A stretch of DNA of 64,000 nt, taken from Mobula hypostoma (taxonomy: Eukaryota). Positions within the stretch are counted from its first letter, which is position 1. Each line of letters starts with the position of its first letter. The stretch covers positions 192,016,001 through 192,080,000 of the forward strand of contig NC_086097.1 in the NCBI RefSeq assembly GCF_963921235.1, given 5' to 3'. Positions 11,220-24,627 of the stretch are shown here, one piece after another. The notes under the pieces are model-generated. The model was not told the origin of the DNA. It did not search any database and saw only the letters and a program-made list of their open reading frames with translations. Both the position numbers and the translations under genes were made by a program.

Positions 11220-14200
11220 GTCAATGCAACAAGCATGTTTGTAATCAGATTGTTGCTGTACAGGCTGGAAGGCTACAGTCATCATAGGTGTGAATATCAC
11301 TGTTCAAGGAGGTTTGAGGGTGTCACAATAATCCAGTAATCTGTCCTTTATCTAATTTTTCATGAAACATTAAATTGCTGTTTTGTTTTAGGATATTTTT
11401 TGCGATCCCATCATCAAACCTTGTCAGTGCACTTGCTGGTGTCTCTCAGAAGATGGCCTGGCTATTGTCCTTTCTACCCATCCCGTTGTGGGATCTAAAC
11501 ATTGCTGTCAAGGTAGCAACATTTTCAGATTCCTGATTGCCCTTGAGAAAGTGATGGCGAGTCGACGTCTTGCAATTCTTCTGGTGAAGGTAGTCTTCCA
11601 ATGAGTAGGCCTCCCGGGCCCAGAGCTGTTCAATATCCTTCTGCCAGGACATGCATGTCACAGAAAGTCAGCTCTTCTTCCAACAGTTTGCTGCGGTCAC
11701 CATGCTGGCATTGCATAGGAGAGGCAGGACTAAAATAAGTTACAACACACAAAATGCTGGAGGAACTCAACTGATCAGGCAGTATCCATGGAGGGAAATG
11801 GCCTGTTGATCTTTTAGGTCAAGACTCTTCATCTGGACTGGCATTTCTTTGCATTGCCACTGGTACTTTTTGTATCTCCACTGTATTGTTCACTTGATCA
11901 GAGGAGCTGTTTATTTTTTTCCACCCACTTTCTTCCTTCTCTTCTCCTTGCAAACTGTTCACTGTATTGTTAGTGACAAGAGCAAACCTCTCACAATAGT
12001 GAAGTTATGCAGAGCATCATCATCAATTTTGACACCTGCTTTGTACAGTGCTCTATGTTTCTTCATTGCAATCTAGAATTATTACTTGAGTATTTTCTAC
12101 CCAATCACATTTTTTTGTGGCACTAAGGCATTCATTAGATGAACATTGCTCACATATATTTAGCTGTGTGCTGGAGATGAGAAGCCACTGTTAGCATATA
12201 TCCCTTACTGCTCTGTCCAAACCTTCGGACTGTTGGGGCATCTCAGATTGAACAAAGTATGATTTGCATGAATTTCCTGTTCTGTATTGTTGCATACAAG
12301 CTGGATTTCAAGGAAGTGGGGTCCTTATAACTGTAGTACATCTTCAGGTTACCAGGTTGCACTTACAAGGGGATGTGAATGTGGTCAATTTCGTTGTATC
12401 CTTTGGCGAAATATGTAATCTACATAAAAAAATTGTTCACTCACGGTATGTGCTTCAATCTGTCAACAGAAAATGAAATGGACTCAGCCCTCTTGAGAAA
12501 CCATCAGTGACTTCTCTTGTGCAAGAGCGAATAGACTGTAGGAGGCTGCTAACATAAATAACAACATACATAGCAACCTTGAACTCATTAGCAATGTAGT
12601 TTTCACTCTACTTTAAAATGTTGCACTGCATTGATAGTTGGATGGTGCTGTGCAGGGTGGTGAGAGGATTTTTCCACTTGCGAGTGTGGTATGGAATGTT
12701 ATGGTAGTCCTTGCCTCACCACATGGCTGCCGGATAATAGGCTTTCCATTCGCCCGAGGTCGCTACTTCCATCTCTGCCCTCTAATGCGTGTAAGGCACC
12801 GTATTTTGGTCTTTTTAAGGGTTTAAAAGATTACTGGGACAAGGCAGGAAAATAAACCAGCCATGATGGAATGGCAGAGCAATCTCGATGGGCCGACTGA
12901 CTTAAATCTGCTACTATTCTTATAGTCTTATAATAGGGGGAGATTTCCGAAACAGATTATAAGGCATAATTGCAGTGGTTTGTAGGCTAGGATAAAGTTA
13001 CTTCCCAATATCAAGTGCAGATTCCTCATACATTAGCAAAATTAGACAGAGTGGATGTGGATGTGGATTGTAGTATCAGCAGAGAATTGAAGAGTACTCT
13101 TGAAACTTCAGTCACTAAACAACCATTAAACGGGCATGCCTACTTGGCTACAATATAATTGACATCCAATTTTCCATTAAACAACTGTAACAGATGAATA
13201 AGTGTTACCAGACCTTAAATATCTTCCATGTTTACAGATATTTCCTAATACGTATTCAATCTCCTATTTCTCTTTAGAAAGCTACAAAATTGTAGGTTAT
13301 ATTAAGTTTTATTATAAGTGTCTGCATTCTCAAGATCAACCTGTAAGGTACTTACTATAGTGGAACCAGTGGTTTCCATTTGGATATTTAAAATGATACT
13401 TGTTGTCATTGCTTTTATATAAACGGTGTTTTATATTCTTGGTGTTCTAAGTGTTCATATTAAATTTGAAGAGTCATTGTTAAGTAAGGATGTTATTTGA
13501 ATTTTACATGATTACAAGATTGATAGCTGCAGAGTATAAATTAGTGTGCTTCCTTCCTCAAGAATGAGCCCTAGAATTTTGGTGAATAAACCTATCATTA
13601 TTCACAAATAAATACATGTATATTTGAAACAATTTTCAGAATGATGACTGTAACGTACACTATGTCAGTTCCTTCGTTTCAAAGGAATCTCTGACATGTG
13701 TAGGAATCAATTCTAACTTTGAAGGCACCAGTTTGTTTTTATGACAAGCGGTTTGAAGGCATCAAAGGAAAATCTTTGGAAGACTTATTGTTCTTAAAAT
13801 GCTTCAGAACTGGGGACAGAATTCCCATTATACTAGCTTTGTTCTCCATAAATTCTTGAGACAATAGGCTTTGTGCTAGACTGCATGAGATTGTGTGGGA
13901 GTATTATCATATGACATGATACGTGTATTGTCCTGTTTATGAAAATACCAAAGTCAGACTCCAATTATATGGATCTGATTTGACAGAAGTTAAATATGAT
14001 AGGGTACATTGTTTTAAGAGGGAGGGAAACATGATCATGCATTGCCAAATTCTGCGCTTCCTACAACTAAGGACTAAGCATCCGTTTGCAATTGGAACAT
14101 AAAACTTAAACATTTTTGCAAGATGACTGCAAAAGTAATAATCAGTGAAATTCTAACATCATACACAATGGTGCTGATAACGTGACACTTACCTGTCAGA

Positions 14201-15365
14201 ATGCTGAAGTACGTGAAGCGATAGGAATCAGCCCAATTGGGGCCTGAGCTTTGCTGTGTTGTTACTATGTATTGGGGAAGCAGATAAAACATTATTTGCC
14301 CTGCAAAATAGCGTATTCATTAACACTACAAAAATTGTTAATTGAGCCTTTTCATAACGTAAAACAGTACCACTTAAATTTAACGTTCAGGCAGATTTCC
14401 CTAGATCAGTTATTAAATTTACAGTATATTTTAAATTTTACTGACCAGAAGTTCTCCTGTAGCGTTTGACAATTTCTGTACCATGTAAAATAGTTTGAAT
14501 TGAAACCAGAATGGTGTTCACAGCGCACCCGCTGTCCTCCCCCACCGAAACTCACTCCAGCTTCTTTTTCCACAAGTTGCTGAAGCACACTGAGGCTATT
14601 GACATGCAAAGCTTCATGCATTGCAATCAGAATACAGTACTCTATTGATGCCACTTGCATAAAATTACATAGCACAAGGAGGAATGTAAATAGTCACTCG
14701 GGGCATATCTGAAATGGAGGCTTGAGGCCTGCTCTGGTTCTTGATAAAGGCTCAACCAGACTTTGGTCCCTGTAGTGAAACTGTGGCACTGCTCCTCATA
14801 AGCGAAGTTATCAGTTTTCTTCTTGGTGATCAGTTCCTTAACTCCACTTCCTGCCATTCATGGCCCATCAAACAACCCCTCTTGATATATTTCTCAGAAT
14901 TCTCTGCTCTTCTGCTATCACCACCTTCACTTCATCATTACCCTGTACTATTCCAACCTCCATCCCAGTTCCCTACCACCTAATCATTTCTCGAACCCTG
15001 TCAGGGTAATTCGGCTGTTACTCCCTGATCATCTTCCTAGTCTTTAGTTCCCCCACCATCACTCCCCATCTCTCTGTCAGCCAGACAACATGTTTCTCTG
15101 ATGATCCACACCATCTGATACAGTGAGAGATGGCAGAGGAAATAACATAGTAAATTGTTATGTCTGAAGCCAGTTACACTCTGTAGAATTACTCGAGGCT
15201 TCTATGTGACAGAGCCTTGGCATTTGCTCCATATAAGCATAGGACTCCCCATAAAGCTTCTCTGAGTGCATGTTTCCATTGATTAGGAAATTCCTTGCTC
15301 AATTGCATATTCAGCACTGAAAAACAGTTTCTTGAACAACATAAACTCAATGTAGCACTCTGAAA

Positions 15366-17960
15366 ATCAGAATAGAATCAGATTTAATATCACCAGCATA
15401 TGTCATGAAATGTGTTAACTTTGTAGCAGCTGTAGAATGCACTACATAATAGAGAGGAAAGAAACTGTGTTACAGTAAGTATATATACTTAAATAAGTAG
15501 TGCAAAATATAAAATCAGTATTGAGGCAGTGTTCATGGGTTCAATGTCCATTCAGAAGTTGGATGGCAGAGGGGAAGAAGCTGTTGCTGAATCACTGAGT
15601 GTGTGCCTTCAGGCTTCTGTATCTTCTTCCTGATGGTAGCAATGAGAAGAGGGCATGTCCTGGGTGATGGGTGTTCTTAATGATAGACGACGCCTTTTTG
15701 AACACCACTCCTGTAAGATGTCCTGGATACTATAGAGGCTAGTGCCCATGATGGAGTTGACTAATTTTACAACTTTTTGCAGCTTATGTTGGTCCCATGC
15801 TGTAGTCATACTAGACTGTGACGTAGCCAATTAGAATATTCTCCACGGGACATCTGTAGAAATATATGAGTGTTTTTGTGACATACAAAATTTCCTCAAA
15901 CTCTTAATAAAATATATCCGCTGTCTTGCCTTATTTGTAGCTGCATCGATATGTTAGGTCCAGGTTAGCTCCTCAGAGACATTGACACCCAGGAACTTGA
16001 AATTGCTCACTCAATTCAAAATAAAGTCAATTCAATCTCTCCATGTCTGATCCCTCTATGAGGATTGGTGTGTGTTCCTTCATCTTACCCTAGCTGAAGT
16101 CCATCATCAGTTCTTTGGTCTTACTGACACTGGGTGCAAGGTTTTTGCTGCGACACCACTCAACTAGCTGGTATACCTCGCTCCTGTACACCCTCTGGTC
16201 AATATCTGAGATACTGCCAACAATGGTTGTATCATCAGCAAATTTATAGATGGCATTTGGGCTATGCCTAGCCACACAGTCATGGATGTAGAGAGTGTGG
16301 AGCTGTGGGCTAAGCACACATCCCTGAGGTGCTCCAGTATTGATTGTCAATGAAGTAGAGATGTTATTGCCAATCCTCACAGATTGTGGTCTTCCGGTTA
16401 GAAAGTTGAGGATCCAGTCACAAAAGAAGGTACAGAGGCCCAGGCTCTAGAACTTTTCATTCAGAACTGTAGCAATAATGATATTAAATGCTGAGCTGTA
16501 GTCAGTAAACAGCATCCTGGTATAGGTATTGTCCAGGTGATCCAAGTCTACATGGAGAGCCAATAAGATCATGTTCACCTGTTGTGATGATAGGCAAATT
16601 GCATTGGGTTCAGGTCCTTGCTGAGGCAGGAGTTGATTCTGGCCATAACTAACCTTTCAAAGCACTTCATCATTGTAGACGTGTGCACTAATGGACAATA
16701 GTATTTATGACAGCTCACCCTGCTCTTTTTGGTCACTGGTATAATTGTTGCCCTTTTGAAGCAGGTGAGAACTTCCAACTATAGCAAAGAGAGATTGAAA
16801 ATGTCTTTGTATGTACCCACCAGTTGATTGGCACAGGTTTCCAAAGCCATACCAGCTACTCCATTGTGGCCTGTTGCCTTGCGAGGGTTCACCTTCTTGA
16901 AGGACAGTCTGACGTCAGCTTCTGAGACAGAGTTCACAGGTTCACCATGTGCTGTAGTTTTATTCTCCCTTTCAAAGCGTGCATGAAAGGCATTGGCTCA
17001 TCTGGGAATGAAGTATCACTGCCATTTATAATGTTGAAGTTTGCTTTGAAGGAAGTAATGTGTTGTAAACCCTGCCAGAGTTGACATGCAACTGACATCA
17101 CCTCCATCCTTGCTCAGAATTGTCCCTTAGCTCTTGAAGTAGCTTTCCATAAGTCATACCTGGTTTTCTTGCGCAGACCTGAGCTACCAGACTTGAATGC
17201 CACAGATCTCAGCAGACCATGAACCTCCTGGTTCATCCAAGGCTTTTGATTTGGTAAGTACAACAAGTTCTCGTAGGCACATATTCATCCATACAGGTTT
17301 TAATGAAGTCAGTGACAGCTGTGGCGTACTCTTTCAAACTCAAAATTGAATCCCTGAATATAGTTCAGTGCACTGATTCAAACCAGTCCTCTATGTGCTC
17401 CTGTGTTTCCCCTGCCCATACCTTCTTGGTCCTCACTACTGGTGCTGCTGTCTTCAGTCTCTGCCTATTCTCAGGGAGTGGAAGTATAGCCAGTTGACCT
17501 TCTGAAGTGTGTGCATGGAATAGGATGGTAAACACTCTTAATGGTGGTGTAATAATGGCCCAGTATGTTTGTTAGTAATAATTATTTAGTGATTTTTACA
17601 GTAATCCCCCAAGATGATGGGGAAGGCATCAAGATGTGCTATTTCACGCCTGTTGATTACATCGCTCAGCTCTTCTAGAGCCTATTTTTCTCTAGCCTAT
17701 GGTGGAATATACACTGCTACCAAAATGATAGCTGAAATCTCCCACAGCAGGTAAAATGGACGACTCTAGATTGCGCGGTGTTCCACGTCTCGTGAACAGG
17801 ACTGGAGCAACACTGCTACATTTGTACACCATGAGGAGTTGATGATGGACCACACCCCTCCTCCCCTGCCTTTGAAAGGCTCAGCAGTCCTATCTTGGCA
17901 GTGTGTTGTGAAGAAATCAATCTGAGTTGCTGCATTCGGAACGGAAGGGGTTAACCAAGA
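15366..17960 (-). mobile_element. Rex1/Babar LINE, long decayed copy (APE and RT)
   Basis: ORFs include GAPQGCVLSP...KFADDTT...VSKTKEL and MKCFERLV...QFAY. APE remnants lie near 17520-17900 and a (TCTGAT)-like tail near 15366. Confidence 0.88.
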
Positions 17961-18319
17961 TTCCGTGAAACAAACAAAATAACCACCAGTAGTGAGAGGG
18001 AAATAATTATTATAACAGGGGTGGACTACTGGAATACTCTAAATCGTGTAGAACAGGAAGCAGTAAACAATAGGGAGGGGGTGACAGTGTAAAGAAGTGT
18101 TATATTGTTATGTGTGCCTTGCATTTCTCCGTTAAGAAAATTATCTACACTTCATCTGTGTATATTCTTGAGCATGCCATTTCTGTGGAAATGAAGAAAG
18201 CAATTGTACTTCAATTGTGTTCAACAGTAAACCTGTATAATTACAAACATAAGGGCTATATCATCAGAGTTGATGTGCGTATTTGCCTGGAGTCTGGTGA
18301 CATTGCAGTCATCTTGGAA

Positions 18320-18562
18320 GCACAGCTGTGTAGCGGTTAGCAAAACACTATAACAACAGCAGCAACCGGGTTAAATTCCACCATTCTTTGTAAGGAATTG
18401 ATACATTCTTCCTGTGACTGTGTGAGTTTCCTCTGTGCGCTCCAGTTTCCTCCCACATTCTAGAGATCCCACCTCTCCCGGAAGTTCCAGGAGTCTCCCG
18501 CATATTAGTAGTGGCTCCCTGATGCCCGCAAAATATATACAATGTCCTGGAAACCAATTTTT

Positions 18563-18599
<37 letters not shown>

Positions 18600-19155
18600 T
18601 GCGCCATGGCAGAGTGTTCCAAAAAAAGAAAATATAAAACGTACATCACCCCAGACTACACTAAAGTGTACTCCTGCCTAATAGGGGTCAAAAATAATGA
18701 CAGTGTTGCTCGCTGCTCTGTTTGCAAACAGTGACTTCTATTGCCCACAGTGGGTTGTAAAAGACATGTTGAGGTGAGTTGATCAGGTGTCATTCGTTCA
18801 TTAGCATAGCTAACGTTATTTAAACTAGCTGGCTAGCTGCTAAGGAGCTACTCTATTGCAGACATCCTACCTCTCCCGGAGTTTCCGCGAGTGTCCCACA
18901 AGTTGATGGTTCTACCTCCCTGAAATGAGTTTTTGCAGGGTGGGATGTCTTACATTCCAAAAGAATAAACATCAGGATGAAGGGTCTTGGCCTGAAACAC
19001 TGACTGTACTTTTTTCCATAGATGCTGCCTGGCCTGCTGAGTTGCTCCAGCATTTTGCGTGTGTTAATTAGTCATATGGGTATAATTGGATGATGTAGGT
19101 ATGTCGGGTCAGAAGGGTTTGTTACCGTGCTGAAACTCTAAGTAAAAATAAAATG
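18320..19155 (+). mobile_element. tRNA-derived SINE carrying two nested insertions (DNA transposon 18461-18951; PLE fragment about 18970-19065)
   Basis: Head, core and tail match the 8047-8270 SINE; removing the first insert restores CCCACATTCCAAA. Confidence 0.72.
18461..18951 (+). mobile_element. Non-autonomous DNA transposon (probably hAT-like) with a transposase N-terminal zinc-finger remnant
   Basis: TIRs AGAGATCCCACC / GGTGGGATGTCT (11/12 match) and 6-bp TSD ACATTC. Region 18606-18773 encodes MAECSKKRKYK...ARCSVC, then frameshifted ..SDF..IAH..CKRHVE, followed by a GTGAGT donor. Confidence 0.75.
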
Positions 19156-19579
19156 AAATTTGTTTTGCTACTGGAGTTCTGGACTACTGATCTGGAGATA
19201 TTTTCCAATCCTATCATCATAACTGGGGCATTCAAATTAGTAAAGAAAAGCTAGAAATGTACAAGATGTTTTTTTCAGTAATTTGCTTTACTGAGCTGGC
19301 TAGAAACATAGAAACATAGTTGCTGCACAATGAAGGTGATCACGAAACCAGTGGTTTATCACACAAACCTATCCAAGTCACTAATGTCATCCTAATCTGG
19401 GCTAGATTAAACAGTATATAAATCTGGATGATGGGATTAACTCTGACATGCTCCCTTAGTTCTGGAGCAATTAGGTTATGGAGAATAAGTAGTAGTTTAG
19501 AAGCTTCCCATGATAATCCCAGATATAACAAAGCTACCTGTCAGCCTGAGAACAGACAGGATAGGTTTCATCCAGATCG

Positions 19580-19713
19580 GTCCTGATGAAGGGTTTCAGG
19601 CAAAAAATTTTAAATGTTTATTCATTTTCAAAGATGCTGCCTGACCTGCTGAGTTTCTCCAGCGTTGTTTGTGTGTTGCTCTGGATTTCCAGCTCTGCAG
19701 AATTTCTTGTGTG
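19580..19713 (+). mobile_element. PLE terminal-repeat fragment (degenerate hammerhead)
   Basis: GTCCTGATGAAGGG...GATGCTGCCTGACCTGCTGAG...CTGCAGAATTTCTTGTGTG. Confidence 0.7.
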
Positions 19714-21829
19714 TAGGATTCATCATTTCTTTTATGATTTTCCAGCTAATATTGCCACCAAGAACAAATGTAAGTATTCGATTTGTGATAGAAATATCGG
19801 CCAACAAAAATAAGAAAAGCCTTCCCTTCATCCACAACTAATGTACATTTAAATAATTTTTTAAAAAGAGGAAAGCATGGCAAACTTAAATTGTACATCT
19901 TGTAGGAAGTTGCTAGACCAAAAAGATAGCTGCACATGTCTCGCTGATCAATGAATGGATTTGTAAAACTGAAGAACAATTCTCAATTCACCTGATAGAA
20001 ATTCCATAACTTTCTCTAGTCAGATTGTACAGTCTCATCAAGAAAACCTGCCACTCTGGCTATTCCTTTTCTCCATTCTGTCTTCTGCAAGAAGATATCA
20101 GAAGCTTGACAGTCTGGATGATCAGACTTAAATTCAGCTTCTACCCCACTGCTATCAGACTTCTAAACAATTGCTTCTTTCACAACACTTCCTGGTTGTG
20201 CCACATGTTCTTAGACTCAAACCTAGCTGTTCTGTTATTTAGCAATCCTTTTTGCACTGTCTGCAGATATTCTTTTCAAAGTTGTTCAGTGGAAATCTTG
20301 TAAGAAGCAGCTGGCATAATGGCTTAAGGCATTGTCTGATTCTCAGCAGTATCTATGGAGATCCTAATGTTGCTGAAAGCAGTGGTAATATCTCAGGGAA
20401 ACTACATGTTTGGTAAAGAAAACCGCCTTCCGGTCGCAGCGATATCCATAACCTCCAAAGTAAATACAGCTGCAATGGTCATTGAAGTCATATGTATCAG
20501 ATTTATTATTTTCGTGTTATGGAGAATGCTTGGTGTGTCTCCTGGCAGTGGACATAAGCAGATGATAAAGTAGATGTCATCCTGACCTTTAGTATGTTAT
20601 TTTACTTTCTAATACAAAATCTATTTTTGTAGTATCTCTACTGCTCAGAATTCAAGAATAATTGATACAGTGGTCACTATTAATTATTGAGCAAATGAGG
20701 CACCTTTCATAATGTGATTTAGGGATTTTATAATTAACATTGGCAATAAGACCTAGGAGCAGAATAATATCAGAGCAATTACTAAGTCAGAAAGCATGAA
20801 AGAAAGAAAATAAGTAGGAGAATGAATCTGAAGATGTGATAAAATGGATATTAGAATTTTAGTCCTCTTTTATATATATCCATATTCCCCCACAACATAG
20901 GAGTCATTGGATCATTTGGTTTATGCTGGCTCATGGAACCTCATTAATATTCCCCTCATTCTCATCAGATCTGCCACTCACAATACGCTTGGGACAATTC
21001 CAGAGTTCAACACACCCACCAAGCTGCCCATTATTGGAACATGGGAGAAAATCAAAGAGCTCAGAGGAAAGTCACATGGAGAACATGCAAACTCTGCAGA
21101 GACAGCACCAGACATCAGGTTTGTATATGAGATGTGAGGCAGCAGCTCTACTCACCGTGAAACCCTCATTATAAATAAAGCACACAACAGCTTGGGGGAT
21201 AGGAAAGGGAGATAACCAAAGGAACATTAGACAGCAAGAGAGAGAAACTGTAGAAAAAAAGGTGTCAAAATAAGTGAACAGAAGGATGGAACAAAAAATA
21301 ACACAGGTACTAGAATCATTTTTGCACTTTTTACCGTGGACCGATGAAATTATTTGCTGCAGACTTATGAAATCCACAATTGTGGGTTCAATTCTTGCAT
21401 TTATATTTATTTTCAAGAGATTATTGCACAACTATTGCACAAGCAGGGACTGGACAAAAACGCTATATACAAAGAGTTGAAAACCAATATGCTGTACAGC
21501 TGCTTTGCCTGAGCACAGAGTAAATGCATTGAGCTGGACTCGGTTTTCAAGAGATTGCAGACTGGACTTTAGTAAAGTGTGGGAAATAGATGAAACAGGG
21601 AAAGAGATGCAGCATTGTTAGGTTTAAAAAAATATTCATTAATAAGAAGTGACAAGACAGCAAGCCAACGCCAGAATTGAAAATTAAGACAAAATATGAA
21701 CAGATTTTCACATCACAGAAAGACGGGAAGGTAATTGAATGGATAGTACTTTAATTCAGTTATTTTCTTAAATAGGTTTACATTAAATTATAATCAAGAG
21801 CAAAATTTATTAATAAAATTGGTATATTA

Positions 21830-21955
21830 AAAAGGCCTCATCCCAAAACATTGACTGTATTTTTTTTCCATAGATGCTGCCTGGCCTGCTGAGTTCCTCC
21901 AGCATTTTATGTGTGGTGCTTGGATTTCTAGCATCTGCAGATTTTCTCTTGTTTG
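21830..21955 (+). mobile_element. PLE terminal-repeat fragment
   Basis: Shared block GATGCTGCCTGGCCTGCTGAGTTCCTCCAGCA...GCATCTGCAGA. Confidence 0.7.
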
Positions 21956-21959
21956 CAGC

Positions 21960-22525
21960 CAATTAGTTTGATTTCATCCTGACTTAAGTAGATGATAAGA
22001 TATCGGAGTCCATTGTTAAGGGTGTGGTTTCAGGAATACTCGGAGGCACATGATAAAATAGGCCAAAGTCAGCATGGTTTCCTTAAGGGGAAATCTTGCC
22101 TGAAAAATCTGTTGCAATTATTTGAGGAAATACAGGCAGGATAGGCAATGTAGAATCAGGGGATGTTGTTTACTTGGATTTCCAGAAGGTCTTTGACAGG
22201 GTGCCACACATGAGGCTGCCTGACAAGATAAGAGCCCATGGTAGAAGATTGGTTGACCGGTAGGTGGCAAAGAATGGGAATAAAGGGGACCTTTTCTAGT
22301 CGGCTATCTGTGACTACAGTGATGTTTCACAGGGATCGTTGGTTGGACCACTTCTTTTCACACTATAGGAGAATGATTCAGATGGCAGAATTGAGGGCTT
22401 TACAATACAAAAATAGATGGAGTGATAGGTAGGGTTGAGGAAGGAAGAGTCTGTAGAAGGACTTAGACAAATTAGAAGAATAGGCAAGGAAGTGGCAGAT
22501 GGAATATAGTATAGGGAAGTGCATT
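21960..22525 (+). mobile_element. CR1 RT fragment, decayed
   Basis: SQHGFLKGKSCL and VYLDFQKVFDRVPH remnants. Confidence 0.8.
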
Positions 22526-22845
22526 AAAGATTGATTAACATTGAGTCAAGATTTTTTAATGTAATTTCCAGTACGTAAGTGTAAAGGAGAACAAAATAGT
22601 TGTTACATCAGATCTGATGCTGCCCAAAAAAGCACAATAAGATAAAGGAAATATAAAGAGAATAATAAAAAAAACAATAAATATAAATACAGTACATAAG
22701 ATAGTTTTTATACATCATATGTCCATTAAATGATGTTAGGCACAGGAATATCTGTACATAAGGTGGCTCTGACAGGAAATGATAAAATAATGGTGATGGG
22801 TCATGTGATGGCATGGGTTAGTGGGTGGAAATGTTGATCAGTCTT

Positions 22846-24627
22846 ATACTTATACTTTATACTTTATACTTTATTGTTGCCAAACAATTGATACTAGAAT
22901 GTACAATCATCATAGTGATATTTGATTCTGCACTTCCCTCTCCCTGAATTACAAATCGATAGTAAATATTAAATATTTAAATTATAAATCATAAATAGAA
23001 AAATTAGAAAAATGGAATGTAAGGTAGTACAAAAAAAAACAAGATGCAGGTCCGGATATTTGGAGGGTACAGCCCAGATCCGACTCAGGATCCCTTCAGC
23101 AGTCTTATCACAGTTGAAAAGAAGCTGTCCCCAAATCTGGCCATATGAATCTTCAAGCTCCTGAGCCTTCTCCCGGAGGGGAGAGGGACGAAAAGTGTGT
23201 TGGCTGGGTGGGTCGTGTCCTTGATTATTCTGGCAGCACTGCTCCGACAGCGTGCGATGTAAAGTGAGTCCAAGGACGGAAGATTGGTTTGTGTGATGTG
23301 CTGCGCCATGTTCAAGATCTTCTGCAGCTTCTTCGGGTCTTGGACAGGTTACCTTCCATACCAGGTTGTGATGCACCCTAGAAGAATGCTTTCTACGGTG
23401 CATCTATAAAAAATAGTGAGGGTTTTAGGGGACAAGCCAAATTTCTTTAGTTTTCTCAGGAAGTAAAGGCGCCGGTGGGCCCTCTTGGCAGTGGACTCTG
23501 CTTGGTTGGACCAAGTCAGGTCATTTGTGATATTGACCCCGAGGTACCTAAAGCTTTTGACTTGTTCCTCTTGCGCACCACCGATGTAAATTGGGTCGTG
23601 CGGTCCGCTACTCCTTCTGAAGTCAACAACCAATTCCTTCGTCTTGCTGACGTTGAGGGATAGGTTATTGTCTTCGCACCATGCCACCAGGTTCTTAATT
23701 TCCTCTCTGTACTCAAACTCATCATTACCCAAGATACAGCCTACAATTGTTGTGTCATCAGCAAACTTACATATTGAGTTTGATGGAAACTTGGCTACAC
23801 AATCATGGGTGTACAGTGAGTACAGCAGGGGGCTGAGTACACAGCCTTGTGGGGCACCAGTGCTCAGAGTGATTGTAGAGGAGAGCTTGTCCCCTATTTT
23901 TACAGCCTGGGTCCTGTCTGTGAGGAAGTTGAAGATCCAGCTGCAGATCTGAGTGCTAAGGCCCAGGTTCCGGAGCTTAGGACTCAGTTTATTTGGAATG
24001 ATGGTATTAAAGGCAGAGCTGTAATCAATGAAAAGGAGCCTTATGTATGCAGCTTTATTTTTCAGGCGTTCTAAGGAGGAATGTAGGGCCAGCGAGATGG
24101 CACCTGCCGTTGACCTGTTGCTCCGGTAGGCGAATTGCAAAGCGTCGAGGTTGACCGGTAGGCTGTGGTTGATGTGTGCCATAACCAATCTCTCGAAGCA
24201 CTTCATAGCAATTGATGTCAGAGCCACAGGTCGATAGTCATTCAGGCATGCCACCTTGCTCTTCTTCGGCACTGGGATTATCGTTGCCTTCTTAAAACAC
24301 GAGGGGATCTTAGACTGAAGCAAGGAGAAGTTGAAGATGTCAGCAAACACTCCAGCTAGCACGCTTGCACAGGCCCGGAGAACCCGTCCCGGGCCGCCAT
24401 CTGGGCCTGTCGCCTTCCTTGGATTTATCTTCAGGAAGACCCTTCTAACGTCCTCCTCAGTGACGATAAATCTCGATGCCACCAGGTTCATCGGGAGGGA
24501 GCGGGACGCTCCTCTTCTGTTCGAATCTTGTGTAGAATATGTTAAGTTCATCAGGAAGAGGAGTGCCACAGTTATTGATATTCCCAGCCTTTTCTTTGCA
24601 CCCAGTGATCTCATTTAGACCCTGCCA
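22846..24627 (-). mobile_element. Young 5'-truncated Rex1/Babar LINE
   Basis: 421-aa ORF with intact RT motifs, and a (TATAAAG)n tail seen as TATACTT repeats at about 22846-22872. Confidence 0.92.
23349..24614 (-). pseudogene. Rex1/Babar reverse transcriptase domain (open 421 aa; N-terminus out of frame, C-terminus frameshifted into ORF 23085-23315)
   Basis: KATGPDG, DYRPVALTS, DYSSAFNTI, PQGCVLSPLLY, KFADDTT, LNVSKTKE, YLGV. Confidence 0.9.

Noticed and set aside
12420..12476. Minus-strand 15-nt microexon-like segment (ACAG|ATTGAAGCACATACC|GTGAGT) next to another acceptor
   Set aside because: The implied downstream intron is only about 25 nt and no host gene is identifiable, so chance is likely
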